A stretch of 63,981 nt of DNA, filler included, from an uncultured bacterium (GCA_964449065.1; 3 parts of 3 records of this genome joined end to end with filler, not necessarily neighbours in it); one strand, 5' to 3'; counted from the first letter of the whole stretch, positions 11,151 through 22,293 are shown. Made by a program: numbers and translations. The notes: a model not told the origin generated them from the sequence alone.

Positions 11151-12413
11151 ATGATACGTTTATTGGGTTTCAGCACATTGGCGGTTGCTTTGATAGCGTT
11201 CTCCGGTCACGCAAACATGCTGCAATCTATTGATCAAGATGTCCCTCCTCTTGATATTGAAACGGGGTGGGAAATTCCATCCGAGGGATATTGCGACCAG
11301 CCGTATGTGGTCAAACTCAATGACGGCACTTGGGTATGCGTAATGACGACCGGCAAAGGCCATGAAGGGCAGGGAGGCCAACACATTGTCTCCACCCGCA
11401 GCCGTGACAAAGGCAAAACTTGGAGCGAATTGGTCGATATCGAACCGGCCGACGGCCCGGAAGCCTCATGGGCGATTCCTTATTTGACACCGTATGGACG
11501 CATCTATGTTTTTTATACCTACAACGCGGACAACATGCGTGAAGTCATCGCCGATACAGACTATGCCCGCAAGCGGGTAGACACGCTGGGTGAATACGCC
11601 TTCAAATATTCCGATGACGGCGGCCGTACCTGGACAAAAGACCGCTGGTACATTCCCGTAAGAGAGGGCGCGATAGACCGCCGCAATCCCTATCAAGGCA
11701 ACGTGCGTTTCTTTTGGGGCGTGGGCAAACCCATTACGCATGATGGCGCTATGTATTTCGGGTTTGCTAAAATCGGCCGCTTTGGCGAAGGCTTTATCGC
11801 GGAATCGGAATCATGGTTTATGAAGAGCAAAAACATTGCGAGTGAACGGGATCCATCTCAAATTAATTGGGAAACCCTGCCGGATGGAGAGGCCGGTCTA
11901 CGCTCGCCGATTGGGCCTATTGCTGAAGAAGTGAATCTAGCAGCGCTCTCCGATGGGTCGCTCTTTTGCACCTACCGCACGGTTGCCGGTCATCCTTGTC
12001 ATGCTTATTCCAGAGACGGCGGCCATACCTGGACGGAACCCGAGTTTATGACCTACTCCCCCGGCGGTTCTAAAGTTGATCATCCCCGGGCAGCCAACTT
12101 TGTTCGCAAAATAACAGCAGGCCCTTACAAAGGGCGCTATATCTACTGGTTTCACAATCACAACGGCAAGGGATATGAGGGGCGCAATCCAGCCTTTCTG
12201 TTGGGTGGCGTGGAGAAAGACTCCCCAGAAGGAAAAGCGATTCATTGGGGCAAACCGGTGGCGGTGTTGTATTCCAAAGACCCCAAAGTCCGCATCAGCT
12301 ATCCCGATTTTATATGGGATGACGGCCTTTATATCACAGAGACGCAAAAATCGGTCGCACGGGTTCATGCCATCCCGGATGAATTGTTGCGTACTCTGTG
12401 GGAAAATTATTAA
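11151..12413 (+). CDS. BNR/Asp-box sialidase-like glycoside hydrolase
   Basis: Signal peptide; Asp boxes SRDKGKTW, SDDGGRTW, SRDGGHTW; SYPD. Confidence 0.85.
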   Translation: MIRLLGFSTLAVALIAFSGHANMLQSIDQDVPPLDIETGWEIPSEGYCDQPYVVKLNDGTWVCVMTTGKGHEGQGGQHIVSTRSRDKGKTWSELVDIEPADGPEASWAIPYLTPYGRIYVFYTYNADNMREVIADTDYARKRVDTLGEYAFKYSDDGGRTWTKDRWYIPVREGAIDRRNPYQGNVRFFWGVGKPITHDGAMYFGFAKIGRFGEGFIAESESWFMKSKNIASERDPSQINWETLPDGEAGLRSPIGPIAEEVNLAALSDGSLFCTYRTVAGHPCHAYSRDGGHTWTEPEFMTYSPGGSKVDHPRAANFVRKITAGPYKGRYIYWFHNHNGKGYEGRNPAFLLGGVEKDSPEGKAIHWGKPVAVLYSKDPKVRISYPDFIWDDGLYITETQKSVARVHAIPDELLRTLWENY

Positions 12414-12511
12414 CTCATGTTACGCAACGAAGAGATTGTCGTTGTTATCCCCCCTTAACAAGGGGAAAACAACGGATAGCCAGCCGTCATTTTTAGATTG
12501 ACACTATACTA
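12414..12511. mobile_element. chimeric mini-element filling a convergent intergenic gap
   Basis: Left end CTCATGTTACGCA, core CCCCCCTTAACAAGGGG, right part is the reverse complement of the left arm of the third array unit (~23279-23316) and ends TGACACTATACTA. Confidence 0.75.
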
Positions 12512-13411
12512 ATCCATCCAAGGTTGCAGAAAATGTAAAAAGGTTTGCGCGTAATGGTCAAGGTTACTCCGGCTGCCTCCACCCAAAATCGGAGAACACA
12601 TTTCAAACGCAACCGTTCCGTTAAACCCAGCCTTGCGCAATTCGTCAAAGAATGACGGATAATCCACAAAGCCTTCACCCGGCGGGCACGCCTTCACTTC
12701 ATCCAGGGTGCGCTCATACACATTCCCCTCACCGGGATGATGATAGCGGAACCGCGGCCGCCTTACATAATCCGCCACCGTGGTATGCACAATCCGGTCT
12801 CCCAAATACTGAACCGCTTTGACAACATCCTCATCCTGCAGCGCCACCGACCATGCATCAAAACACGCCTTCACGTTCAACTTATCCACATCATTCAGCA
12901 GATCACCCATCGATAGATAATGCCCCGCAGTATCGTCATGGTTTTGTATCCCGATGATTAAATCATAATCCGCCGCAACATCACATGCGCTCTTCATAAA
13001 CTGCACACACCGCTTCCATTGCGTATGAAATGCTTCCCCCGTGTTCGCCAACCCTGTCATCAGCCGGATGATCTTACAATCCAACTCCACTGCCATTTCG
13101 CACCACTGCTGAATCGCAATCAACTGCGTTTCCCCAAGCGGAGCAAACGGGACGGAGGTTGCCGAAAACCCCGCATTGGGGTCGCTATACCCCGCAATAC
13201 AAGACATTTCGATTTGATGAGTATCCATCAACTCTTTTAACTGCTTTACCCGGTCTGTGTTGTAGGTCAATGGAGACAAATGCGGCTGCTTCGACATTAG
13301 CATCACCCCTTTATAACCCATCGACGCCGCGTGTGGAATAAACTCTTCCAGTGTAAGAGCCTCTTGCCCCCACAAACCGGCATAACTCACAGAATGCAAT
13401 ACTGGCTTCAT
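12509..13411 (-). CDS. sugar phosphate isomerase/epimerase (xylose-isomerase-like TIM barrel)
   Basis: IGIQNH, CFDAW, HTTVAD, GEGFVDY..F..L..GFNG..AFEM. Confidence 0.85.
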   Translation of the reverse strand: MKPVLHSVSYAGLWGQEALTLEEFIPHAASMGYKGVMLMSKQPHLSPLTYNTDRVKQLKELMDTHQIEMSCIAGYSDPNAGFSATSVPFAPLGETQLIAIQQWCEMAVELDCKIIRLMTGLANTGEAFHTQWKRCVQFMKSACDVAADYDLIIGIQNHDDTAGHYLSMGDLLNDVDKLNVKACFDAWSVALQDEDVVKAVQYLGDRIVHTTVADYVRRPRFRYHHPGEGNVYERTLDEVKACPPGEGFVDYPSFFDELRKAGFNGTVAFEMCSPILGGGSRSNLDHYAQTFLHFLQPWMD

Positions 13412-13486
13412 ACGAATCTCCTATAAAAACAGGGTAGGGCGGCAGCCTACCGAATAAATGAAACAGCCTTCATCCCCAATCAAAAC

Positions 13487-13520
13487 AAAAAAGACGGAGA
13501 AATAACCCCTCCGTCTTTTT
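13487..13520. terminator. intrinsic terminator hairpin with A/T tails on both sides
   Basis: AAAAAAGACGGAG-aaataacc-cCTCCGTCTTTTT. Confidence 0.8.
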
Positions 13521-13541
13521 GATACGGGGCAATAAATATCC

Positions 13542-13988
13542 TTACTTCTCTTCTTCTTGAATTTTCATCCATTCTGCTTTTGAAAACACCGGCTTTTCCC
13601 GCCCGCGGTGGCATACAAAGCAGTTCATCTGCGCTTCCGGCTTATCTTTGAAATATTTATCATTCATTTCATGCACCATATTCATATAAAAACGGGCTTC
13701 ATCCTTATGCAATTCCGGCACGTCTTTGGTGAAATCCTTCATATCATGGCAATACGAACACTGTACGCCCAATGAAATTGTAAGATCGCGCATATACTCT
13801 TGCAATTCCCGGGTCGATTCAAACGCCCGGTCGCCTGTGAAGACTTGCATATTTTTCCCGATTTGCGGTTTGGCTTCCGCCGCTTCTTCCTGGCTTTGCA
13901 GCGATTGGCTGCTCAATAAAATGACGAGACACGATACCGCAATAACTCCGGCAATTCCAAACATCCACTGTTTACTCATAATCTTCAC
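13542..13988 (-). CDS. diheme c-type cytochrome (reaction-centre cytochrome c-like family)
   Basis: Signal/TM segment; SLGVQCSYCH and MNCFVCHRG heme motifs. Confidence 0.85.
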   Translation of the reverse strand: MKIMSKQWMFGIAGVIAVSCLVILLSSQSLQSQEEAAEAKPQIGKNMQVFTGDRAFESTRELQEYMRDLTISLGVQCSYCHDMKDFTKDVPELHKDEARFYMNMVHEMNDKYFKDKPEAQMNCFVCHRGREKPVFSKAEWMKIQEEEK

Positions 13989-14198
13989 CTCATAATATTG
14001 TTGCTGAAATTTTGCATATCATACAGAAAACTGATCCTGCAAACAATGTTTCTAAACGGGTTTTGTATTGCGATGTTGGAGGGATGTTTTTTTTGTACCG
14101 CCATCATTCAGGCTTACGGATTACGTGATATAATGCGCGTTTGATCTTTCGATCCGCATATTGGATCGAATTCGTAATAAATTCGTTAGGATAATCCC

Positions 14199-15500
14199 AT
14201 GATTACGACGTATAAATGGAAAGAAACACCTGAAGAACAAAAACAAAAAATCCTCAAACGCTCGGCGCAGGATATCGACGCCTTTCTGCCACAGGCCCAA
14301 AAAATCATCGACCGCGTCAAAGCCGATGGCGATAAAGCCCTCTTCGAATTAACCCAAGAGTTTGACGGTGCGGATATTTCAAGTATCGGCGTCAAAGTGA
14401 GCGAAGAAGAAATCCTCGCCGCGAATGAAGCCCTTGATCCCAATGTCAAAGAAGCCATCGATGTTTCCTACAAAAACATCCGCACCTTTCATGAAAAACA
14501 AATGCCGCAAGAAATGTGGTTCACCGAAATCGCCCCAGGCTTAATTGGCGGAGAAAAAATCACCCCCATTGAAAGCTGCGTGTTATATGTTCCCAGAGGC
14601 ACGGCCGCTTATCCATCCGTCATGTTGATGCTGGGGGTTCCGGCAAAAGTCGCCGGCGTAAACCGCATCGCGGTTGCCACACCACCCATGCAGGACGGCA
14701 AGGTCGATGACGCCACCCTCTACGCGGCCCATACAGCCGGTATCGATGAAATCTACCGTGTTGGAGGTGTCCAAGCCGTGGCCGCCTTCGCGTATGGTAC
14801 GGAATCCGTTGACCCCGTCTTGAAAATCATCGGCCCCAGCAACATCTACGCCACCGCCGCCAAAAAACTGCTCTACGGCGTTATGGATGTCGGCACCCCG
14901 GCAGGCCCCAGCGAATCCATCATTCTCGCCGATGAATCCGCCGACCCCGATATCGTTGCGACAGACCTCCTAATCGAAGCCGAACACGGCCCCTTCTCCG
15001 CGGCTTTGCTGGTGACCGACAGCGAAAAATTAGCCAAAACTATCAGCGATATCGTCCCGGCAAAAGTAAAAGACCTACCGGAAAAGCAGTTTGAATATGT
15101 CACCAAAGTCTTCTCCAACTACGGCGGTATCATCTTAACCGATACAATGGAAGAAGCCATCGATGTCGTCAACGATTACGCCCCGGAACACTTGGAAGTT
15201 TTAACAAAAGACCCCTTCGCCTTGCTGAGCAAACTCCGCAACGCAGGCGAGATCATGCTCGGCAAATATGCCCCCATTAGCCTATGCAATTATTCTTTGG
15301 GAGTAAATGCCATCTTACCCACCGGAAGTTGGGCAAAGACCGCATCGGTTGTCTCCGTAGAAGATTTTCTCAAACGCACTTCTGTGAGCTATGCAACCAA
15401 AGAAGGATATGATAGCCTGCGGCATCATGTGGCCGTATTTGCCGATTTCGAAGGCTTTCCATCCCACGCAAAAGCCGTTCGGTTAGAACGAAACGATTAG
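14199..15500 (+). CDS. hisD: histidinol dehydrogenase homolog (variant active site)
   Basis: YVPRG, GGVQAVAAFAYGTE, PAGPSE, APEHLE; but IEAEH and CNYSLGVNAILPT. Confidence 0.85.
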   Translation: MITTYKWKETPEEQKQKILKRSAQDIDAFLPQAQKIIDRVKADGDKALFELTQEFDGADISSIGVKVSEEEILAANEALDPNVKEAIDVSYKNIRTFHEKQMPQEMWFTEIAPGLIGGEKITPIESCVLYVPRGTAAYPSVMLMLGVPAKVAGVNRIAVATPPMQDGKVDDATLYAAHTAGIDEIYRVGGVQAVAAFAYGTESVDPVLKIIGPSNIYATAAKKLLYGVMDVGTPAGPSESIILADESADPDIVATDLLIEAEHGPFSAALLVTDSEKLAKTISDIVPAKVKDLPEKQFEYVTKVFSNYGGIILTDTMEEAIDVVNDYAPEHLEVLTKDPFALLSKLRNAGEIMLGKYAPISLCNYSLGVNAILPTGSWAKTASVVSVEDFLKRTSVSYATKEGYDSLRHHVAVFADFEGFPSHAKAVRLERND

Positions 15501-15509
15501 GATGCAATC

Positions 15510-16145
15510 ATGTTTGATTTTGAACCCAAAGTAACCCAGCGCAAAACCCGCGAATCCCTCATCCGCACCGAAATTCGCGGCGGCGAACGCAACCCGAATC
15601 TTAAAGACAACATCAATACATCCATCCACTTCTTAAACCACATGATTGAGCAGTGGGCCTGGCGTTCCTGCTTAAATCTCGGCGTCAAAGTTGAGATGAC
15701 CAACTACCTGCTCAAACACGTCATCGCCGAAGACGCTGGCCAATGCTTTGGAGATACCCTGTTGCGCGTGGCCAACGAAATGATGAAAGAGAAGGGAATC
15801 AACGGTAGCGGCGCCGGCATGGGATTCATCGACGAAGCCTCCGCCAATGCCAGAATTTCCTTTGAATTTCGCAGCCGACTCCATTTCAACAAAGGGAACG
15901 TTGTCATCCAAGAAAATGTCGAAGATATGTTGTCATGCGACCTTTGGAACTTCTTGGATGGACTCTCACAAGGCGGTAGAATGACCATACAGATCGACGT
16001 ACTTTCCGGTGAAGACCCGCACCACATCTGGGAAAGTGTCTACCGCGCCTTGGGCGAAGCAACCCGAAACGCCCTGTCTCCATGCCCTTGGAGAAAAGGA
16101 TTAACACCCGGTGTTGCCGGTCCTATTGAAGTGACCCATGAATAA
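15510..16145 (+). CDS. imidazoleglycerol-phosphate dehydratase-like protein (divergent)
   Basis: RKTRES, FLNHMI, HVIAEDAG, IDEA, DPHHIWES; HisB/IGPD fold motifs. Confidence 0.75.
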   Translation: MFDFEPKVTQRKTRESLIRTEIRGGERNPNLKDNINTSIHFLNHMIEQWAWRSCLNLGVKVEMTNYLLKHVIAEDAGQCFGDTLLRVANEMMKEKGINGSGAGMGFIDEASANARISFEFRSRLHFNKGNVVIQENVEDMLSCDLWNFLDGLSQGGRMTIQIDVLSGEDPHHIWESVYRALGEATRNALSPCPWRKGLTPGVAGPIEVTHE

Positions 16146-16253
16146 TGCATGTATTTCACCTGTTTGTATTGAAAATACTTGACGCTGTCAATTATTTATA
16201 TAAACTAGATAGATAATATAAATTTAAGGTTAACAAGGTACAAATAAGTCATC

Positions 16254-18119
16254 ATGGTCTCCACAGAGCTTCCTGTCATCAACAAACCCATTGAAGAAAT
16301 TGAATCTGCAACCGTTCGCTTTGCCGGCGACTCAGGCGACGGGATGCAACTTGTTGGAACTCAGTTTACTACATCATCTGTATTGTGGGGCAATGATGTC
16401 TCCACGCTGCCCGATTTCCCCGCTGAAATCCGCGCCCCCGCCGGCACAATCGCGGGCGTTAGCGGCTACCAAATCAACTTTAGCAGCAACCGAATTCACA
16501 CACCCGGCGATGAAGTAAACACATTATTCGCCATGAACCCGGCTGCCCTCAAAGCCAACATAAAGGATTTGCAAAATGGCGGCTTGTGCATCGTGAATGA
16601 AGAAATGTTCACCAAAGATGGGCTCGATAAAGCCGGTTATGATGAAAATCCGCTCGAAGACGGCTCTCTGGATGAATACCGCCTGATTACTATTCCCATA
16701 ACAAAACTTACTCTGGATGCGGTTGAAGGATTAGGCCTCAACAAAAAAGAAGCCGGCCGCTGCAAAAACTTTTTTACCCTGGGCTTGGCCTATTGGCTCT
16801 ATCACCGCCCCATCGATAAAACCATCGAATGGATCGAAAAGAAATTCGCTGACAAAGAAGGCATCCGCGATGCCAACATCCGCGCCCTCAAAGCTGGGCG
16901 CAACTATGGCGAAACCGTGGAACTGATCGCCAGCACCTACCGCATCAACAAAGCCAAAATCGAACCCGGCAAATACCGCAAAATAACCGGCAACTCCGGC
17001 ATCGCCACCGGTTTGGCCGCGGCGTCAAAGCTTTCAGATAAACCGTTGTTTTATGCAAGTTATCCCATTACTCCGGCCAGTGATATATTGCATGAATTAT
17101 CCACATACAAAAGTTTTGGTGTCACCACCTTTCAGGCAGAAGACGAAATCGCCGCCGTCTGCGCCGCCATCGGTGCAGCCTATGGTGGAGCGCTTGCCGT
17201 AACCGGTACCAGTGGACCCGGTATCGCGTTAAAACAAGAAGCCATCGGTCTCGCCGTCATGACCGAACTACCACTTGTTCTCGTAAACGTTCAACGCGGC
17301 GGCCCCAGCACCGGCTTGCCAACCAAAACCGAACAATCCGACCTGTTGCAGGCATTGTATGGAAGAAACGGCGAATGCCCCGTGCCGGTTTTGGCTACAG
17401 CCACTCCTGCCGATTGCTTCGATACCGTAATCGAAGCCTGCCGCATCGCCATGGAAATCATGTGCCCCGTCATCGTCCTCTCCGACGGCTATATCGGCAA
17501 TGGCGCCGAACCGTGGCGAGTACCGAATGTCGAAGATTTACCCAAAATCAACGTTCCTTATTACACCAACGGCTCAACCAACGGAAACGGGTTTCAGCCC
17601 TACACACGAAACGAAAACCTCTCCCGCCCTTGGGCCATCCCGGGCACACCGGGATACGAACACCGCATCGGCGGGCTGGAAAAACAAAACATTACCGGAA
17701 ACGTGAGTTACGACCCCGAAAACCACGATGCCATGGTTCGCCTGCGCCAAAAGAAGGTGAAGGGAATCGCATCCTCGCTGCCTCCGGTTGAAGTATGCGG
17801 CGAACCCCAAGGCGATGTATTGGTTATCGGATGGGGCAGCACCTACGGCGCCATCCGAACCGCGGTTGAACGCGCCCAAAAGCAAGGCAAAAAAGTGTCT
17901 TCCGCTCACATCCGCTACATGTATCCGTTCCCATCTAATCTTGGGGATGTACTGAAAAACTTCAAAGAAGTCTTGATTCCCGAAATAAACTTGGGACAGT
18001 TCAGAATGCTGATTCGCTCGAACTTTTTGATCGACGCGAAAGGATTGAACTTGGTACGCGGTCTGCCCTTCCAAGTTCGCGAAATCACCGAAAAAATTGA
18101 TGAGTTATTGGAGAACTAA
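16254..18119 (+). CDS. korA: 2-oxoacid:ferredoxin oxidoreductase alpha subunit
   Basis: [40 protein letters not shown]. Confidence 0.95.
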   Translation: MVSTELPVINKPIEEIESATVRFAGDSGDGMQLVGTQFTTSSVLWGNDVSTLPDFPAEIRAPAGTIAGVSGYQINFSSNRIHTPGDEVNTLFAMNPAALKANIKDLQNGGLCIVNEEMFTKDGLDKAGYDENPLEDGSLDEYRLITIPITKLTLDAVEGLGLNKKEAGRCKNFFTLGLAYWLYHRPIDKTIEWIEKKFADKEGIRDANIRALKAGRNYGETVELIASTYRINKAKIEPGKYRKITGNSGIATGLAAASKLSDKPLFYASYPITPASDILHELSTYKSFGVTTFQAEDEIAAVCAAIGAAYGGALAVTGTSGPGIALKQEAIGLAVMTELPLVLVNVQRGGPSTGLPTKTEQSDLLQALYGRNGECPVPVLATATPADCFDTVIEACRIAMEIMCPVIVLSDGYIGNGAEPWRVPNVEDLPKINVPYYTNGSTNGNGFQPYTRNENLSRPWAIPGTPGYEHRIGGLEKQNITGNVSYDPENHDAMVRLRQKKVKGIASSLPPVEVCGEPQGDVLVIGWGSTYGAIRTAVERAQKQGKKVSSAHIRYMYPFPSNLGDVLKNFKEVLIPEINLGQFRMLIRSNFLIDAKGLNLVRGLPFQVREITEKIDELLEN

Positions 18120-18122
18120 ACC

Positions 18123-19178
18123 ATGGCTGTTGCACCGCAAGATGTCAAGCAAGATGTTAAGCAAGATGTCAAACTAACCGCGAAAGATTACGCCAGCTCG
18201 CAAGACGTTCGCTGGTGCCCCGGGTGCGGAGACTATTCCATTCTTTCTCAAATGAAAAAAGTCTTATCCACGCTGCAAGCCAAGCGTGAAAACACCGTAT
18301 TTGTGTCCGGCATCGGCTGTTCCAGCCGGTTTCCATATTACCTGGATACCTATGGAATCCACAGCATCCACGGCCGTGCACCGGCGGTGGCTACCGGGTT
18401 AAAAGCTTCCCGTCCCGAACTGGACGTATGGGTCATTACCGGAGACGGAGACGGCTTCAGCATTGGCGGCAACCACATGATTCACGCCATCCGCCGCAAT
18501 GTGGATATCAACATTATTCTGTTTAACAATCGCATTTACGGCTTAACCAAAGGCCAATACTCCCCAACATCCGAGTTGGGCAAACGCACCAAATCAACAC
18601 CGCTGGGTTCAGTCGATCATCCACTCAATCCCTTATCCGTTATTTTAGGGGCCGGTGCCACCTTCGCCGCGCGTTCGGTCGATGTCCACATCAAACATTT
18701 GGGTGCGGTTTTAGAAGCCGCTTATCAGCACAAGGGAACTTCATTCGTCGAAATCTACCAAAACTGCAACATCTTTAACGATGGCGCATTCGAATGGGCG
18801 ACCGACCGCAAACGCAAAGCCGAAACCATCCTCGAACTCGAAGACGGCAAACCCATGATCTTCGGCAGCGAAAACAACAAAGGCTTGCGAATGAACCAAA
18901 ACATGGAAATCGAAGTTGTAACCATCGGCGAAAACAGCGTCACCGAAGACGACCTGCTGGTTCACGATTCGAAACGCGATAGCAACGCCATCGCGTTTGC
19001 CCTGGGCCAACTCCATTACCCCGAATATCCCGAACCGATGGGCATCTTCCGCCAAGTGGAAAAACCAACCTATGATGAGCTCACAGCCGATCAAGTCAAC
19101 AAAGCTGTTGCAACCGCCAACGGCAACAACTCCCTCGAAAACCTAATCAACTCCGGAGAAACTTGGGTGGTAGAATAA
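18123..19178 (+). CDS. korB: 2-oxoacid:ferredoxin oxidoreductase beta subunit
   Basis: WCPGCGD, SGIGCSSR, GDGDG..IGGNH, YGLTKGQYSPT. Confidence 0.95.
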   Translation: MAVAPQDVKQDVKQDVKLTAKDYASSQDVRWCPGCGDYSILSQMKKVLSTLQAKRENTVFVSGIGCSSRFPYYLDTYGIHSIHGRAPAVATGLKASRPELDVWVITGDGDGFSIGGNHMIHAIRRNVDINIILFNNRIYGLTKGQYSPTSELGKRTKSTPLGSVDHPLNPLSVILGAGATFAARSVDVHIKHLGAVLEAAYQHKGTSFVEIYQNCNIFNDGAFEWATDRKRKAETILELEDGKPMIFGSENNKGLRMNQNMEIEVVTIGENSVTEDDLLVHDSKRDSNAIAFALGQLHYPEYPEPMGIFRQVEKPTYDELTADQVNKAVATANGNNSLENLINSGETWVVE

Positions 19179-19227
19179 CGGTAAGAAAAATTAAATTCAA
19201 AAATGTACATTATAAACTAAATTGTAA

Positions 19228-19340
19228 CTCGCCTTCATCTCTTATCTTCTCCCAAAGGGAGTAGACGACAGGCCTTGCTTCGTATGACTTAGAAGATTCG
19301 GCCTATAACAAAAACCGTTTTTCAATCAGTAATCAATCAT
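19228..19340 (+). repeat. mini-element family B fragment (CTTCTCCC/GGGAG hairpin)
   Basis: TCATCTCTTATCTTCTCCCAAAGGGAG is shared with ~26066-26092; the tail resembles 2330-2395. Confidence 0.6.
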
Positions 19341-19557
19341 TGTGTAATCAATCATTGTGTACGTATAATCCTAAAAAAAGCAATTGATATTGAAAAGTTT
19401 GCCATAGCTTTTTGAATATAATATAATTATGAAATGCGGAGCAGTTGAAAAATAATCACCAAAAGGGTGAGAGCGGTCAATCGTAAAATTTCTTGAATTC
19501 GTTGGACTTATCACTCGTCACTTTTCACTAATCACTGTTTTTAGGATAATCAGTTAT

Positions 19558-19590
19558 AAAAAGCCCCTCCTCAATATAGAAGGGGCTCTT
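19558..19590 (-). terminator. terminator after the second glnK
   Basis: AAAAAGCCCCT...AGGGGCT hairpin. Confidence 0.7.
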
Positions 19591-19597
19591 GATAACA

Positions 19598-19936
19598 TTA
19601 CAACGCATCCGCGCCGCGTTCACCTGTCCGGATGCGAATCGCGTCACCGATTGCGTAAACAAATATCTTGCCGTCACCAACCTGCCCGGTGTTTACCGAT
19701 TCGCGGATGGTATCGACAACCTGGTCGGTCATCTCGGCGGTCACCATAATTTCAACCTTTACCTTCGGCTGAAACGCAACGTTATATTCCCGGCCGCGGT
19801 AGACTTCCGAATGCCCGCGCTGGCGGCCAAACCCGCGTACTTCCGATACCGTCATCCCATGCAGCCCTACTTCTTCCAGCGCGTTGCGCAGGTCTTCCAA
19901 TTTATGTGGACGTATAATTGCTTCGATCTTGTTCAT
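19598..19936 (-). CDS. glnK: PII nitrogen regulator (second copy)
   Basis: GFGRQRG, YRGREY, GDGKIF. Confidence 0.95.
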   Translation of the reverse strand: MNKIEAIIRPHKLEDLRNALEEVGLHGMTVSEVRGFGRQRGHSEVYRGREYNVAFQPKVKVEIMVTAEMTDQVVDTIRESVNTGQVGDGKIFVYAIGDAIRIRTGERGADAL

Positions 19937-19980
19937 TTCTCTACGTTCTCCTTACTTGATTTTCTGTGAGTTTGTTTTGA

Positions 19981-21285
19981 TTAATCATTATATGCGACTT
20001 CGTTGTGCAACGCCAAATCCAAGCCGGTCATTTCTTCTTCACGGCTGACACGCAGCGGAACAAAGACACGAATCACCATCAGAATGACAAAGGTTCCGAA
20101 TGCCGCCCAGGCCCAACCAGCCGCAACGCCGATGAGTTGCACCACAAGCTGATTGGGGTTACCGTACAGCAATCCGGCAGCGCCTTGATTGGCAAAGATA
20201 CCGGTAGCCAACGCACCCCAGGTTCCGCCCAAACCGTGAACACCGACAACATCGAGTGAATCGTCAAAATTGAATATGTATTTCAACTGATTCACGCCCC
20301 AATAGCAAATGATACCCGCACCCAATCCGATTGCCAGAGCGCCGGGTATATCCACAAATCCGGCAGCGGGAGTGATCGCGACCATGCCGGCAACCGCGCC
20401 GGTCACAACCCCCAATACCGTCGGCTTGCCGCGAAGAATCCACTCAACAATACCCCATACCAACCCTGACATCGCCGTTGCGATTTGCGTGGTTGCAAAC
20501 GCCATCCCGGCGGTTTCATTGGCGCCCAAAGCGCTGCCCGCGTTAAAGCCAAACCAGCCGAACCAGAGCATGGAACCACCAATCAACGTAAAGGGTACAC
20601 TATGCGGTGGCAGCACATTCTTTGGAAAACTCACTCGCGGCCCGATCACCAAACAGGCAACCAGCGCGGATGCGCCCGAACTGATATGGACTACCGTTCC
20701 GCCTGCAAAATCCAACGCTTCCAATTTATACAGCCAGCCGTCGCCATGCCATACCCAATGACAAAGCGGGCTGTAAATCAAAACGGACCACAATACGGCA
20801 AACAGCACATAAGCGATAAAAGACATCCGTTCCGCGATGGCACCGGAAATCAGCGCAACCGTAATGATTGCAAACATTCCTTGAAACATCGCGAACACAA
20901 TGTGCGGAATCGTACCTTCCGGTGACGCATCGACTCCTTGAAACAATACATAATTAAAACCACCCATAAAACTGCCGATATCATCACCAAATGCAATGCT
21001 ATAACCAACCACAACCCATACAATGGTTATTAGACATAAGGTGAAGAAACTGTGCATAAGTGTAGATAATACATTGCGTTGGCTAACCAATCCCCCATAA
21101 AATAACGCCAATCCTGGAGCCGTCATCATCATGACCAATGCGCACGACATCAACAACCAAGCCGTATCCCCGGTATCAATCGCGGCTTCTTCTGCCTGAG
21201 CCATCGCCGGTAATGCAGGAATCAGCATGAGTAATAGAATTCCTATCAGGGCTGTCCATGTCTTAATGTTGCCGCTTTTCTTCAT
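19981..21285 (-). CDS. amtB: ammonium transporter AmtB-type
   Basis: DTGDTAW, PGLALFYGG, DFAGGTVVH, DDSLDVVGVHG; start MKKSG after AAGGAG. Confidence 0.95.
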   Translation of the reverse strand: MKKSGNIKTWTALIGILLLMLIPALPAMAQAEEAAIDTGDTAWLLMSCALVMMMTAPGLALFYGGLVSQRNVLSTLMHSFFTLCLITIVWVVVGYSIAFGDDIGSFMGGFNYVLFQGVDASPEGTIPHIVFAMFQGMFAIITVALISGAIAERMSFIAYVLFAVLWSVLIYSPLCHWVWHGDGWLYKLEALDFAGGTVVHISSGASALVACLVIGPRVSFPKNVLPPHSVPFTLIGGSMLWFGWFGFNAGSALGANETAGMAFATTQIATAMSGLVWGIVEWILRGKPTVLGVVTGAVAGMVAITPAAGFVDIPGALAIGLGAGIICYWGVNQLKYIFNFDDSLDVVGVHGLGGTWGALATGIFANQGAAGLLYGNPNQLVVQLIGVAAGWAWAAFGTFVILMVIRVFVPLRVSREEEMTGLDLALHNEVAYND

Positions 21286-21354
21286 AATTTCATTCTCCTT
21301 ACTGATTTCATTAAACGAATTGATCAAATTTAGAAACTTGATTTCTCGTCCCTC

Positions 21355-21371
21355 TGCAATGGGTATGCCGA
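21355..21371 (-). promoter_or_regulatory. sigma54 promoter of amtB-glnK
   Basis: Minus strand TCGGCAT-accca-TTGCA. Confidence 0.75.
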
Positions 21372-21529
21372 AATGTTTAAAAAGAAACAGGTTTGAATTT
21401 AAAGCAAGTAAAATGAGTGAGAAATAAAAATAAATTCACGTTCGAAAATCAACAAAAAATAATTCAGCCAAAAAAAACCTGCCTTTATCTATACAATACT
21501 GTTTAAGAAAAGACATTAAATATAAAAAT

Positions 21530-22246
21530 TTACACCTTGAAATAATTCATCAATACACTGAATTCATCTTCAGTAATTTGAGATCGTTGCAAGAAATTTA
21601 AAATAATATCTTCATGCCGTTTTTTCTTCCCTGAATTTGTTTCGACTTTATCTTGATTTGACTGAAGTATGGATTCCAGCATGAGTTTTATTTGGGATTG
21701 GCTGATTCGTGCTGGATTTTCAACAGAACCTTCGAGACCGTTTTTGTCCATTAAAGACGTATAAACCTCATACAAAACAATCGCTACAGCATGAGAAAGG
21801 TTCAAACTCAGTTTTGTGTGATACAACGGAATCTCAACCACTTTTGTGCATAAGGATATTGCCTCACCCGGTAAGCCGCAACTTTCGGGACCGAAAAGCA
21901 AAGCTATATTCTGTTTATAGAAAAATTGTTTATCCTGATCAATCCAATCATCCAAATAAAGATGTTGAGAGGGTGAGTCATGTTTTCTGCGGGAAAATCC
22001 GATGACCTCTTGTGCATTCGCTATGGTTTCTTGCAGGGAGTGGCATTGCTGCGCATCATCTAAAATCGGTCGGGCACCTGAAGAAGTTTTATAGGCTGGG
22101 GAATTCGAATGCAAAGAAAATTCCGGTTTAACCAAAACGAGACGGTCAAATCCAAACGCAAACATAGACCGGGCGGTAAAACCTGCATTTTCCGGAATTT
22201 GCGGCTTATAAAGAATGACACTCATATTGCGCTTCATGAGTGCCAT
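21530..22246 (-). CDS. TrmJ/TrmH-family SPOUT RNA methyltransferase
   Basis: PQIPENAGFTARSM..FG, ALLFGPESCGL, SLNLSHAV. Confidence 0.88.
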   Translation of the reverse strand: MALMKRNMSVILYKPQIPENAGFTARSMFAFGFDRLVLVKPEFSLHSNSPAYKTSSGARPILDDAQQCHSLQETIANAQEVIGFSRRKHDSPSQHLYLDDWIDQDKQFFYKQNIALLFGPESCGLPGEAISLCTKVVEIPLYHTKLSLNLSHAVAIVLYEVYTSLMDKNGLEGSVENPARISQSQIKLMLESILQSNQDKVETNSGKKKRHEDIILNFLQRSQITEDEFSVLMNYFKV

Positions 22247-22293
22247 TCTATCTCAATTATGAAAATGAATACAAGAACTATAGAGATTTATGA

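Noticed and set aside
13542..13988. Evidence of phototrophy from the RC-cytochrome-like protein
   Set aside because: It is only a short diheme protein, with no puf/bch genes; the family occurs in non-phototrophs.
16179..16191. FNR box upstream of korA (TTGAC-gct-GTCAA)
   Set aside because: The spacer is 3 nt rather than 4; more simply a -35 element, although an operator cannot be excluded.
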